Positions 24,508 through 35,482 of a stretch of DNA of 64,000 nucleotides are shown here, piece after piece. The DNA comes from Isurus oxyrinchus (lineage: Eukaryota), in contig JANJGN010000035.1 of NCBI GenBank assembly GCA_026770705.1, positions 14,012,001 through 14,076,000 on the forward strand, written 5' to 3'. The stretch's first letter is position 1. The number at the start of each line of letters is the position of its first letter. A program made the translations under genes and the position numbers. Below the pieces are notes generated by a model. The model made no database searches and was not told where the DNA came from. It saw nothing but the letters and a program-made list of their open reading frames with translations.

Positions 24508-24676
24508 ATTTTGTAGGACAGAATTTGAGTGTTGCTGAAAAAAGAGACATGTCAAAACTTTGCCTTTTGCACTCATCAGGACAGTTGGTTGCCTTGCAAA
24601 GTGATCTGATGAGTGCAAGATGAAAGGTTCAACGTGCCTTTTCTTTTGGCAAAAGTCAAGTTGTTACTTACAAATT
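24508..24676. mobile_element. ~170-bp fold-back of two inverted Penelope-type minimal hammerhead remnants
   Basis: Arms 24508-24579 and 24606-24676 are reverse complements (perfect 13-bp core TTGCACTCATCAG/CTGATGAGTGCAA); + arm has CTGATGA(24606-12)-gtgcaagat-GAAA(24622-25). Confidence 0.75.
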
Positions 24677-24954
24677 AGGATGTGAAATGCATTGAATACA
24701 TTTGCCTGACCATATGCAATAATCAGAGAAAATATCTGAATATGCATTGAGCTGCCCTTAAAACAATTTGGTGTACTTTCTAATTTGAGCTCCACCTTGA
24801 AGTGCATGGTACCTGAAAACCTGTGGTACACAAGTGGCAGATCTGCATTCGAAGGGGAGGTTGGGCGTTCAGGAATGGGCTGTTAATGCCATAGAGATCA
24901 GCATGTGCCAAGGTCCAAGTGAAAATTTCTCCATATTGGAAGTCAACCAGGTTG

Positions 24955-25212
24955 TTGTGTGTCTGGTGTTACATGTAAATCAGAAGTTGTAAGGACGGTA
25001 GATTTCCCTCCCTAAGCGACATCACTGAACCAGATTGGTTTTCACAACAATGGACAATGGTTTCTTGGTAATAATTAGACATTTTTTATATTCAATATTT
25101 TTACTTATTTGAAATTTCAACACCTGCCATGGAGGGATTCAAACGTGCTTCCCCAGAGTTTTACACGGCCTCTGGAATATCAGTCCCGTGGAAAAAACAT
25201 TATGTAACCGCC
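24955..25212 (-). mobile_element. tRNA-derived SINE
   Basis: 'taaggacggtagatttccctccctaag..catcactgaaccagattggtttt...ccatggagggattcaaac...ctctggaatatcagtcc' is the reverse complement of the SINE body and head. Confidence 0.85.
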
Positions 25213-26419
25213 TTATTTGATCGATATTTAGAAAGGAGATACACCACGTTGTGATCTGAATCGCGAATCTCTGGTTGAAGAAGAGATTTTAAAGAAAAAG
25301 TGATAGAGCAAATCATGGGGCCAGTGTCTTTTCACTCAAGTGGCTTTGTCCTAACACAGAACGTCACTGAGAGAGTCCTTCACAGTCAAGTCACAGAACT
25401 TTGTGTCAGCTAACAACATCTTTGGTGAACGTGAACAGCGAGCAGCCAATTCATGTCGTATTTTATCAATCAACTCCTGCCACCTCTCCTCGATGCTGGC
25501 AGGTAAGCGAGGCAAATCCATTTCTTAACATTAAAGTGCTATCAACAAAGTTATTCACGTTACAATTTAACCAGCATCCACCAGAGGACACATTTGTGGC
25601 AGTTATGAATCTAGACAGAGTAAATGGATCATATCCATAAATGTTAATTGCACTCTCTGTGATGTCCAATTTTCACCAGCTTTCAGCTGAGGAAGAACAG
25701 ACTCGTCTCCCTGGATCCTGACAAAAATGCTGTACAAGTACGAGTCTCATTAGTTTAATTGCTCACTGTGCGCACGTTGCAAAGGATAATAGCTGAACAT
25801 ATTACAATTTGTAATGTGCTGCCGTGTCCTTTTCCCTCACCGTCTAACACCCTCCCTGAACACATTTCCTTCTCCCACTGAACTAAGGCACATTTGGCCG
25901 AAATATAGATTTGCTCAGTCGTCAATGTACGTCTCCCCCTTCCGTTATCAAGCCATCTCCTTCCCCTTCTGCAGTGAGGCCGCTTGAAAACCGAGATGGG
26001 CTACTCTCATACAGTTAATTCGATGGGTTTCACTTGCAAGGCGCTGGTTCGTGCAAACCCAAGCAAGACATGGCAAGTCGGACATGGTGTAATACGGGGG
26101 CGGGGGTGGGGGACGTAGCCTCATTCATCCTCCCGGCCTCAGCATCCTCAACCTTCCATGTATAGCTGTACTTTACCACAACACGGTCTTGCCCAGCCCC
26201 GGCAGCCCTGCTTACACAAGGCCTCGGCAGCGAAATTAAGCGCCATCCAGTTCAGTCTCCCGCCACCCGACACACAAACATAAACTTCAGAAACAGTCCC
26301 AAAACCCCATGAAATATGCGAAATCGACGGGCAGTTCAAAACACGTGTCACCACAGTCTCCAAGTACTGCACATTCATGCACAATGGGCAGCCAGGTCCC
26401 ACAGCAATAAGGTTTTCTG

Positions 26420-27960
26420 CAAACTCTCTCCATAGAAACAGTATACTCAGTTTTCTTTATCAGCCAGTGTCCAAAGTCTTATGTTTCCACACCATAATCC
26501 TCCTGGAAAATTCCTGACTATTCGCTTAATGCAATTCTATCCCTTTGCAGAAACCTTGTATCTTCCTCACACCTTTGTTTCCTGGCTATCTTCGTATAAT
26601 CAGAATAATTATTTACATGACAGCTTCATGGAGGTCATTGACATAGATCCTGCAGAACTGAATATCTAGCACTGAACCTGGCAGCCTATCTCTTGTGTCA
26701 TTTTGCCACCATGTAAATGACCCATTTATTACGATTCTGTTTTCTCACAGTTGGACTATACTCAATCCATGTTAACACCATGAGCTCTTTTCTTCTATAG
26801 TTCCTTTCAGTTGGTAACTTAATGGAAATCTTTTTACCAGGCAAATGCACGGCATTAGCACATTTCCCTTTATCCAGCATGTTTGTTATATCGTAAAAGT
26901 CCTTCAATAAACTTCTCAAACATGATTGTCCCTTCACCAATCCATATTGACTCTGCCGGGTTTTGATATAATTTTTGCATATGTCCTGCTAGTACCTGCA
27001 TAATAATGTGCGCTAGCATTTACCCCATCAGAGATAATTGCTTAACTTTCCCTTTGTTTCCTGCTTTCAGTCTCCTTTTTTATTTTTAATAGTGTCAGTA
27101 TTTTTGCGTCTTTCCAAATCCCTGGGACATGTGTAAATGTTAGTCGATTCTGGAAGTTTGCAACATATTGAACCACTGTCTCAGCAGACAAACTCTGAAA
27201 GACCGCAGAATATAAATTATCACTTACAGTGAAACTTCAAGCCTTAAGTTACATCAGTTTTCTTAGTAAAATTTCCTCTATTTATATTGATATATTTAAA
27301 TTCCTCCCTCTCTCCTTCCGCTTGCTCGCTTCTATTTCTTGGGATGGTTTGTATGTCTACCGTCGTGAAGACAGAAACCAAATATTGTTTTAGTCTCTGC
27401 CATTTCCCGTCCTTAACACTCCAGTCTCACGCTCTGCACTGCCAGCGCTCAACAACGCTGCTCTTTTCTGCTTATATGTACTTGCAGGCGCTTCCACTGC
27501 CTGTTTTATATTAGTATTAGTTGTTGTTTCATCCTCCTTTGAAATGGTGGTCAAGTGCCTTTTCTGAATGCAATGCAAAAAGCACCGAAATGTCTAATTT
27601 TTTCACCATTGTTCATGTTTTATATTTCTCGCTGTTTTTTTAATCTCATAACCCGATTTCTACCTTGTAATTTGTATCAATTGCTGCTTAACTTTCAAGA
27701 CCTCTCGTCTACCATTAATTCTTGCAGCATCTTACATTTATTTTTAATTTCAGTGAGATGTCTTCCATAATCTACTGCCTTACCCATTGAAAGCGAATCC
27801 CTCTCGAAGAGACTTTCTTCCTCAGTGCAACATTTTCTTGCTCAAAGTTGTGATATATCACTTTAAATGGCGGCCAATCCTTCTCTAAAGATTACATGTT
27901 GACTATAGTCACATTAGACAACGTTATTTTCATGAACTAGTCTAGAATTCGCCTTTGCTT
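26420..27960 (-). mobile_element. CR1 LINE RT fragment
   Basis: ORF 26698-26940(-) 'VKGQSCLRSLLKDFYDITNMLDKG..NAVHL' ~ CR1 'GF.KGRSCLTNLLEFFEDVT..LD.G..VDVVYL'. Confidence 0.8.
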
Positions 27961-28900
27961 AAGTTTAGGGCACGAATTCCAGGCACACCTTGCGCACCAC
28001 ATATTTTTCTGCTGGGAAACTGCAGAGTGAGAGAGGGAAAACTATCCCGCCCCATATCCTAACTAAAACTTGTAAAAAAAAAATTGCATCGTGCCTAAGC
28101 ATTGTACCCTACATAAAGAAAATAACAAGTGTTCAATGTGTTCTCATCACTCTGATTCTGACAGCAGACTGCAGTTTTCGTCTTGATGTTTGCTGCTCAT
28201 AGCAATGACTCATATTTATTCTGGGGGAATAACGTTGAAAATGCACCTGTACAGCTATATTTTTCCAACTAATGTATATGACCGCAAGAGACAACCAATT
28301 TTGCTCAGTTGCTTCTTGTTTTCACATTCGCCCCTCTACCTATGATGTGTTAACTGGGCAATCTCGGATTACATACTAATCGGCAATGCGTGCCTGACAC
28401 AACGACTTCTGCCAAAAACAAACTTTACCTGGGTTACACCTTTGTATTGCAATACTTTCCGCACGTTCTCAAAGGCAACCATAACCACAGCCAGTTATTT
28501 TAGAAAGCTGCACATCTTTCATTCCAGAGAGTGAAGATGAGAACAGCTTGTAAGATATTGAACATCCTCCTACCCCCATCCTCTCTCCCTCAGATTCATG
28601 AAATTATTTGCCAAACAAAATCCAGATTGCAAAGTCCACAACTCGAAGGTAGCAGCCAGTTGAGACAGCACAGAAGCAGACTTTTTGTTCTGTTGACACT
28701 ATGCCCGCATTTACTTCACAGTCATTTTTTATAAATTAACGGCACAAAATAAACGCGCCTTGGCTGTATCTGTGCTAGGATATTGATAAGCCGAACTCCG
28801 GCAGGAGTTACAAAGGCATTCGACCAGTCGGCGGATGGATTCACCGCGCGATTATAAAAGTTGACATCGATGAATCATCTTCTGTTACAGATCATTATGG

Positions 28901-28950
28901 GCCCAGACACATAACCAGGTATAACATAATCTCCAGAGTTCAAGCTGACC
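28901..28950 (+). pseudogene. Possible internally deleted tRNA-Lys remnant
   Basis: GCCCAGACACATAACCAGGTATAACAT (17/27 to the tRNA 5' half) + TAATCT + CCAGAGTTCAAG (11/12 to the T-arm); needs two deletions; weak match to the module's upstream motif at ~28813. Confidence 0.35.
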
Positions 28951-29382
28951 GTTTCGCCTCCACGAGTAGCATCGCAGGCTTGGGAATAACAGGTCTAGAC
29001 TGTGTGTTTACATAGGATTCATAGTCGTGGCAACAATTTGTTGTTTGGTGAAGAATGTGATTATTCAGACACGCTAATTTAATCACTGATTAGTAACAAG
29101 TTGTCCTCCATTCATAATCTCTAGGAAGGAAATTCAAATCCCCCCATTCCTGGTTGGGGACTTGGATTTCTGCCTGGGCAAAGTTAGGAAAAGAAACAGC
29201 CTTGTATGGGCTAAGGCTAGTGCAAATCGCAAGGCGGCTACCACTGTTGTTCGACTCACTGCTATGCAATTACCTTCTGCCTCACTAAACCACTCCGTGA
29301 ATATTGGTTCTGCATACACTCTCCTCCCGTCATCTGGCACCAGTTAAGATTTTGGAATTAGAGTCAGAGCCCTAACAATAAA

Positions 29383-32350
29383 AGTATAAGAAGATAAGAA
29401 GTGGGAGTAGTATTTGGCAATTCTGCTGCTCGAACCTGACCCGCCATTAAATACGATCATGGCTGTTCTCATTTCGGCCTCAACTTTATTTTCCTGCCCT
29501 CTCTCCACAACCTTTCTGCCCCTTACCATTTTAAGATCTGACATTTTTCTGCTTAAATTTATTCAGCGTCCGGGCAATGACTGAACTCTGAGGTCGTGAA
29601 TTCCTTAGGGTCACGAACCGTTGAGAAAGGTAACTCATCCTCATCTCCATTTAAAATTCATACCCCTCAGCCTCAACATTTTGGCCTTTTGTTCTAGAAT
29701 TCCCCACAAGGGGAAACATCTGATCCATGTCGACTTTTTATACCCCTTTTGGCATCATATGCACCTCAATTAGATATCCTGTCATCCTACAATATCCAGC
29801 CAGGATAGCCCTAAACTGCTCAATCTTTTCTCATAAGACAAGACATATATCTCTGGAATCAATGTAGTGAATCTCCTCTGACCCGCCTCCCATGCAACTT
29901 CAGCCTTCCTCAAGTAAGTGGACCTAAACTGTGCACAGTGCTCCATGTTTCGTTTCACCAATGTGGTGCACAGTTACAATAACACTTCCCTAATTTTAAA
30001 CCTATTCTTTGAGCAATAAATGCTAATATTCTATTTGCCTTCTTTATTATATGCTGCACCTGCTTTCTAGCTATCAGCGATTCATGCACCAGGATACCCA
30101 GGTCCCTCTGCACTTAATTATTATGAAGTTTCTATTCATTTAAATAATAAGTCACCTTTTCATTCTTCCGACCAAAATGGATAACCTGACATTAATCCAC
30201 TTTAAAAACCAGCTGTCACATTTTAGCCCATTCAACTAAATTGCCCATATCCATCTGTAAATTTCATATTTCTTCATTTCAAATTACTTTCGCACCTATT
30301 TAGGTGTCAGCTGCATAGTTATCTTTGGTACCTTCTATTGGTGAACCCAAAGCATTGATATAGAGTGAAAATTGTTGGGTTACAAGGACCAAACCCTGTA
30401 CAGCCCTCCAGATCCAGTTTGCGATCCAGAAAAATGATGACTTTTCCCAGCTCTCTGCTTTCTCTTGGTTAGGCATTCGTTTATCCAAGCTAATATATTA
30501 CCCAAAATTCCAAGTAATTTAATATTGTGTATTACTAATTAATATGGCACCCTATCAAATGCCTTCTGGAAGTCCAGATATATGACGTCTACAGGATCTC
30601 AATTATCCGCGTTGCTTGTAAAGTCTTCAAGGAACAGTAGCAAATTAGTCGATCATGAATTACTCTTCATCAAACCATGCTGACTCGAATGGATTGCATG
30701 TTAAATTTCCAAATGCCCCATTACTAATTCCTTATCATGGATTCCAACAATTTCCCAACAGTCAGTAAGCTAACTGGTGTATAGATTCCGACAATCTGTC
30801 TCCCCCATTTTTTGAATAAGGGCTAGATATTTAATTGTTTCCAATCCACCAGAACCTTTTCAGAATCCAGTGATTTTTAAAATGTTATACCTAATGCATT
30901 CACGATTTCCACTGCCACATCCTTTAATACCCTGGGATGTAGACCATCAGGTCTTAGGGACCTTCCTATTTTAATACGAATCATTTCCTCGGCCCTTTTT
31001 TGCAGTGCTGGTGATTGTTCTAATTTCCTACTTGTCTATTCTCTGTTGACTGCTCTTTCTATTCTGATGGTTCTGAAGTCCTCCAATGTGAAAACTAAAG
31101 CAAATTTTGAGTAAGCGTCTTTGCCATTTCTGCATTCCCCACTATTAACTCCCCAGTCTCATTCTCCAAGGGACCAAATTCACTTTTTTTTCTACTCTTC
31201 CCCTTTATATACTTGTAGAAGCTTTTGCTATCAGTTTTACACTTGGCCCAAGTTTTCTTTCATACATTACCTTTGCTCTTTTTATTTCTTTTCAGTAATG
31301 CTTTGTTGATGCTCAAATATATCCGTCTATTCCAGACTGCCACTGAACTTTGCAATTTGATATACTTTGGTTTTGCAATTATGTTAGATGTAAAGTCCTT
31401 GCTTCACTGTGGATGTGTTTTTAGACCTCCGTCCTTTCCTTGCCAAATCCTTTACATCCATGCTTCGTTGGACATGTTGGTCCTCTCTTTCATCTTTACT
31501 GGAACTTTTTGGTCCAGAAGTCTCACTATGTCCTTTTGAATGAGGCTGCCATAGATCAGACGTAGAATTTCCCACAAGCAGCTACTCGCAGTTCACTTTG
31601 GCCAGATCATTTCATGTCATATTCTAACCGGCCTTCCCACAATTCAGGGGATTTTCCTCTGGTCCGTAATTGTCCTTTTCCATAATTACTTAAAATCTTA
31701 AAGAGTTATTGTCACTATCTCCGAAATGCTCCCGCATTGAAACTTCTACCACATTCCTGCCTTCATTCCTAAGATTAGATCGAGCATCCAATCCTACTGT
31801 TGTAGGAGATTCTACTGCTGGCTGAAAAAACTCTCCTGGATGCACTTTGAGCATTCGGCCCTCACTAAGCTTTTTCACACTACGACTATTCCAGTTAAAA
31901 TTGGGTAATTTGAATTCCCTTACTACTATTACCCTATTATTTATACACTTCTCTGAGATGTGCCTATATACCTGCTCCTCTATCTCACACACACACTTTT
32001 GAGCCCTATACGCACTCCGAGGAAAGTGATTGACACTATTCCGCTTTTAAGATCTGCTCCTATGATCACATTTGACGCACCTTTTAAATTACCATCCCTC
32101 TTTACTGCAATAATTGAGCCCTTGGTCAATAATGCAAAGCAGCTATCCCTTGACATCCACCCCCCGCTCTCCCCCACCTCCGACCTTCATACCTGAAGAT
32201 TCTATGACCTGGAATATTGAGCTGCCAGTCCTGCACTTCCCCGAAGCATGTTTCTGTAATAACAACAATATCATATTCCCATATCTTAATAAATGCCCTT
32301 AATTCTTCTACTTTACTTGTAAGACTCCTGGCGTTAAAATAGATGCAATT
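29383..32350 (-). mobile_element. Long degenerate CR1 LINE (endonuclease to 3' UTR, possibly two fused fragments)
   Basis: 3' tail 'ataagaagataagaag'; ORFs(-) 30300 'QGLVL..FSLYINAL...YAADT', 31690 'IEEQVYRHISEKC.NNRVIVV.EF.LPNFNW', 31980 'ALLTKGSIIAVKRD' (APE domain). Confidence 0.9.
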
Positions 32351-32794
32351 CAGTGATGCATTACTCCTATGTGCTTTAAGTTATCTATGTTTTCTCTGTT
32401 TTCCAGTTTGACTTTGTTTCTCTTCTGTATTTGGCTGTGCATCAATCCCGAAGGAACCTCTCCTCTATACCCTATTGTCCGGCAAACCGCATCACAAGCA
32501 AATAATCTATTTTTTTTAAAAAAGAATAAATTAAGAGATAGCCCACTGAAATGAAAACTGCAAAACTGTAGATGAACTGCGTAATCCAAAAGTTCAGGGA
32601 TCATAATGAGTCTGCACAGTGGAAGTTCCCTACAGCCGCACCCGCACCCCGTCACAACCACTCCCATGTAGCCAGTGGAAATAACACTTCGCTGCCCTCG
32701 CCCACCACCCCCCAACACAGATGGCAGAGTGATATCTCCCCTAACTAATATTACAGTGCAATGTCTTGGGATCTGGCATAGAAGGACAGACACA

Positions 32795-33040
32795 CAAATT
32801 TTAATTTAAAGCCTCATGATCACCATGAAACAGCTGCCCATTTAATTAAAAAAAAACATTTGGTTTCCTACTCCCCTTTCGGGAAGTAAGTCTGATGTTC
32901 TTATCTCGTCTTGTGTACGTGTGCCTCCAGTTCCACTGCAATGGGTTAGACTCTTATGTGTCATATGAACATGGGATAAGTAGTACTTGGCAATAAATGC
33001 TGACCTTGGCAGCGGCACACACATCCCATGTGAGAATCTA
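32795..33040 (+). mobile_element. SINE body and tail (headless)
   Basis: 'tgatcaccatgaaac...tttcgggaagtaagtctg...ggcaataaatgctgaccttggcagcggcacacacatcccatg'. Confidence 0.75.
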
Positions 33041-33224
33041 AAAAGAACATTGGTGTTCAGAAAAAAAATCCTGTAAAGGTTACGACAGTTGTGAGTAAAT
33101 ATCATTTGATTTTCAAACACAGAACATTAAAACTTAACTTTCTGTTGTTTGCAATGGTTGAAATCAATTTTGTAAAGTGATATTTATTCGTGGTTTTTTC
33201 GAGAGTATTTTTTTAACAACTTTC

Positions 33225-33842
33225 AAACCCAGACCCGACACTCTCCCCTTCCTAACACCCATAAGCAAAAGCGCCCAACACAATCCACCCCCTATAGGCT
33301 GCCTCGCTAACCATCCAATATACACCAAAGCCCTACTATCGACGCGCCCCGCCCACCACAAACCGCCAGCCACACCAGCCTCCTTGACCCCAAAGCACCA
33401 ACTGCCCCTCAGGCGCCTCACCCCGATGCCCTCCTCTATATCCCTCCAACCTACCAAATCAACCTCACATGCCTTCACCTACTCCGATCTTCCTGCCCCA
33501 ACCCTCCAACAATCTTGCATCATCCCTGCACACCGCACACACCAATAACCCTACGCCCACCCCACCTCATCCCGTCCAACTTACCACCACCATCCAAAAA
33601 GCATGCCCACCCACATCACGCCCACCTACTTCTCCTTGCTCTGCAACAACACCACTTCACTCACCCGACCTCCAAGTCCCTCATCCCGACACCCCAAACC
33701 ATCAACAGCGCCTCATAGAGCCCACCCCAACCCCTCGTTCCTACCATCCCCAGCCACCAACATCCCCTCACCCACCACACCCCCAAACCCAACACTACAC
33801 CCTCCTCCATGCAACATTGTTCATCTCCCCCACGCTCGCAGC
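33225..33842 (+). repeat. C/A-rich low-complexity tract (G-rich on minus strand)
   Basis: Dense CCC runs separated by A/T; source of the Pro/Thr/His-rich spurious ORFs. Confidence 0.8.
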
Positions 33843-33854
33843 CACGATGCTAAC

Positions 33855-33990
33855 TGGGAGACACAAGATAAAAGCAAAATGTTGCTGATGCTGGAAACCT
33901 GAAATAAAAAGAAAAATGCTTGAGAAACTCATCTGTGGAGAGAGAAACAGAGTTGGCATATCGAGTCAGTTTGACCTCTCTTCGAGATTC
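33855..33990 (-). mobile_element. Penelope-like element terminal remnant
   Basis: 'aaaagcaaaatgttgctgatgctggaaacctgaaataaaaagaaaaatgct...catctgtggagagagaaacagagtt...tcgagtc...gacctctcttc'. Confidence 0.7.
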
Positions 33991-34639
33991 CACTGTGTAT
34001 AGGTCAGTCATCTCTCCAATCCAGGCTATTCTTTGTTGGCCTCCTATTGAACAGCCAATTTCCTTTAGTGAGATGGACAGATTATTGCTGGGCCAAGGGG
34101 GTAAGTTTCACACCGGGCATATGGGTATACTGCCAGTTGCGGAATGGCCTGCCCATTGAAAATCGCACTCTGCATGACCTGCCAGTGACCCGTGCACCTG
34201 CTATTTGTGTACAGGGGTCTCTTCGATATCGTCCGCTGAAAAGTGCATTGTGTTTCAATGTTAATCTCCGGCTTGCATCTGTCAGACACATCTGATTAAA
34301 GGTTGCAGCACCTCCCCTGACTGCTGAAATATGCTATCGAGTTTATTCTACCAAGTGTAATCCAACTCTCACCCTTTGTGTGTTTGTTGTTCAGTATTTT
34401 CTGTGCTGAACTTCCACGCTGAGACTCGGAGCTGTTCCTCAATACTCCAGCAGCGGGTATAGACTGAATCTTGGGGAAAGTCCTCAGATATGTTTTTTGC
34501 ATGAAATGCACTATTGGAACTGCCACCCGAACCCCCCACCACACCACCACCACCACCATCACCACAATGGAAAGTTGTTTAATACGTCCAAAACAGTTGG
34601 TTCACTCAGTCAACTGCTGAATGCATTTTATCTTATCCA

Positions 34640-35482
34640 CACGAGAGAAGCAGTCCATGCCCAAATGCAACAAGGCCTGGAAAATACCCATGCTTGAGAT
34701 TACAACTGGCAAATAATATTCGCGTCACTTTACTGTCACACAATGACGATCTGCAACATGAGAGAGACCAACCATTGCACCTTTACATTGAATGGCATGA
34801 CAATCACTGAATGCCCCTCTTTCAACATCCTGGGGGTAACCATTGAACCCAAACTGAACTCGATTAGACATATAATTATTGTGGTTAGAAGTGCAGGTTA
34901 GAGGCTAGACATCCTGTGGCAAGTAACTCACCACCTAACTCACAAAAGCCTGTCCATCATCTACAAGGAGAGTGATGGAATACTCCTCACTTGGCTGAAT
35001 GAGTGCAGCTCCAATGGCAAATAAGACTTTTGACACCAACCAGGTCAAATCTATCCTCTTGATTAGCACACCATCCATAAACATTCATTCTATCCACCAC
35101 GGACACACGCTGATAGCAATGTGCACCGTCCAGAAGAGGTACTGAAGGAATTCCCTGAAGCTCCTTAGGCAGCAACCTCCAAGCCCACAACGGCAACTAT
35201 ATAGACGAAGAAATGCAGCAGATAGATGGGAAAAACACCACATGGAAGTGCTGCTCGAAGTGACTCAAAATCCTGACCTGGAAATGTATCAGCGATTCCA
35301 TCACTGTTGCTGGTTAAAAATCCCAGAACTCCTTTCCTAACAACAATGCGGGTGCTCCTGCACCACTTGGGGTGCAGTGGTTCAAGGGGGCAAGTCACCA
35401 ACCACCTTCTCAAGGGATAAGTAGGGATGGGCAATAGACGCTGGCACAACCAGCGAAGACCACAGCCCGTGAATGAATTAAT
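34640..35482 (+). mobile_element. LINE 3' portion (CR1/L2 superclade; family sharing its tail with the SINE)
   Basis: 'atgcaacaaggcctggaaaatacccatgcttgag..caactggcaa' ~ MQQDL.NI.AW..KWQ; 'aacatcctgggggtaaccattga' (ILGVTI); tail 'agggatgggcaatagacgctggc..ccagcgaagaccac..ccgtgaatgaat'. Confidence 0.85.

Larger units (their letters stand above)
1..24933 (+). repeat. Macro-tandem/segmental duplication, copy A (visible part)
   Basis: Colinear homology to 35752..64000 at many anchors: 80-170 'ttcttataaaagcaaatttgatttaacttaaggagcgagat' ~ 35830-35870; 11240 'agaaactgcttcgtaccaacca' = ~47925; 18861 tRNA ~ 54244; 24530 'gctgaaaaaagagacatgtc' ~ 63600; 24913-24933 ~ window end. Confidence 0.95.

Noticed and set aside
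33164-33902. Pro/Thr/His-rich ORFs resembling mucins
   Set aside because: Arise from the C-rich tract and are open in multiple frames; no splice or domain evidence.
34535-34565. Poly-His ORF (34497)
   Set aside because: Simple (CAC)n microsatellite in a short ORF that runs into a LINE fragment.
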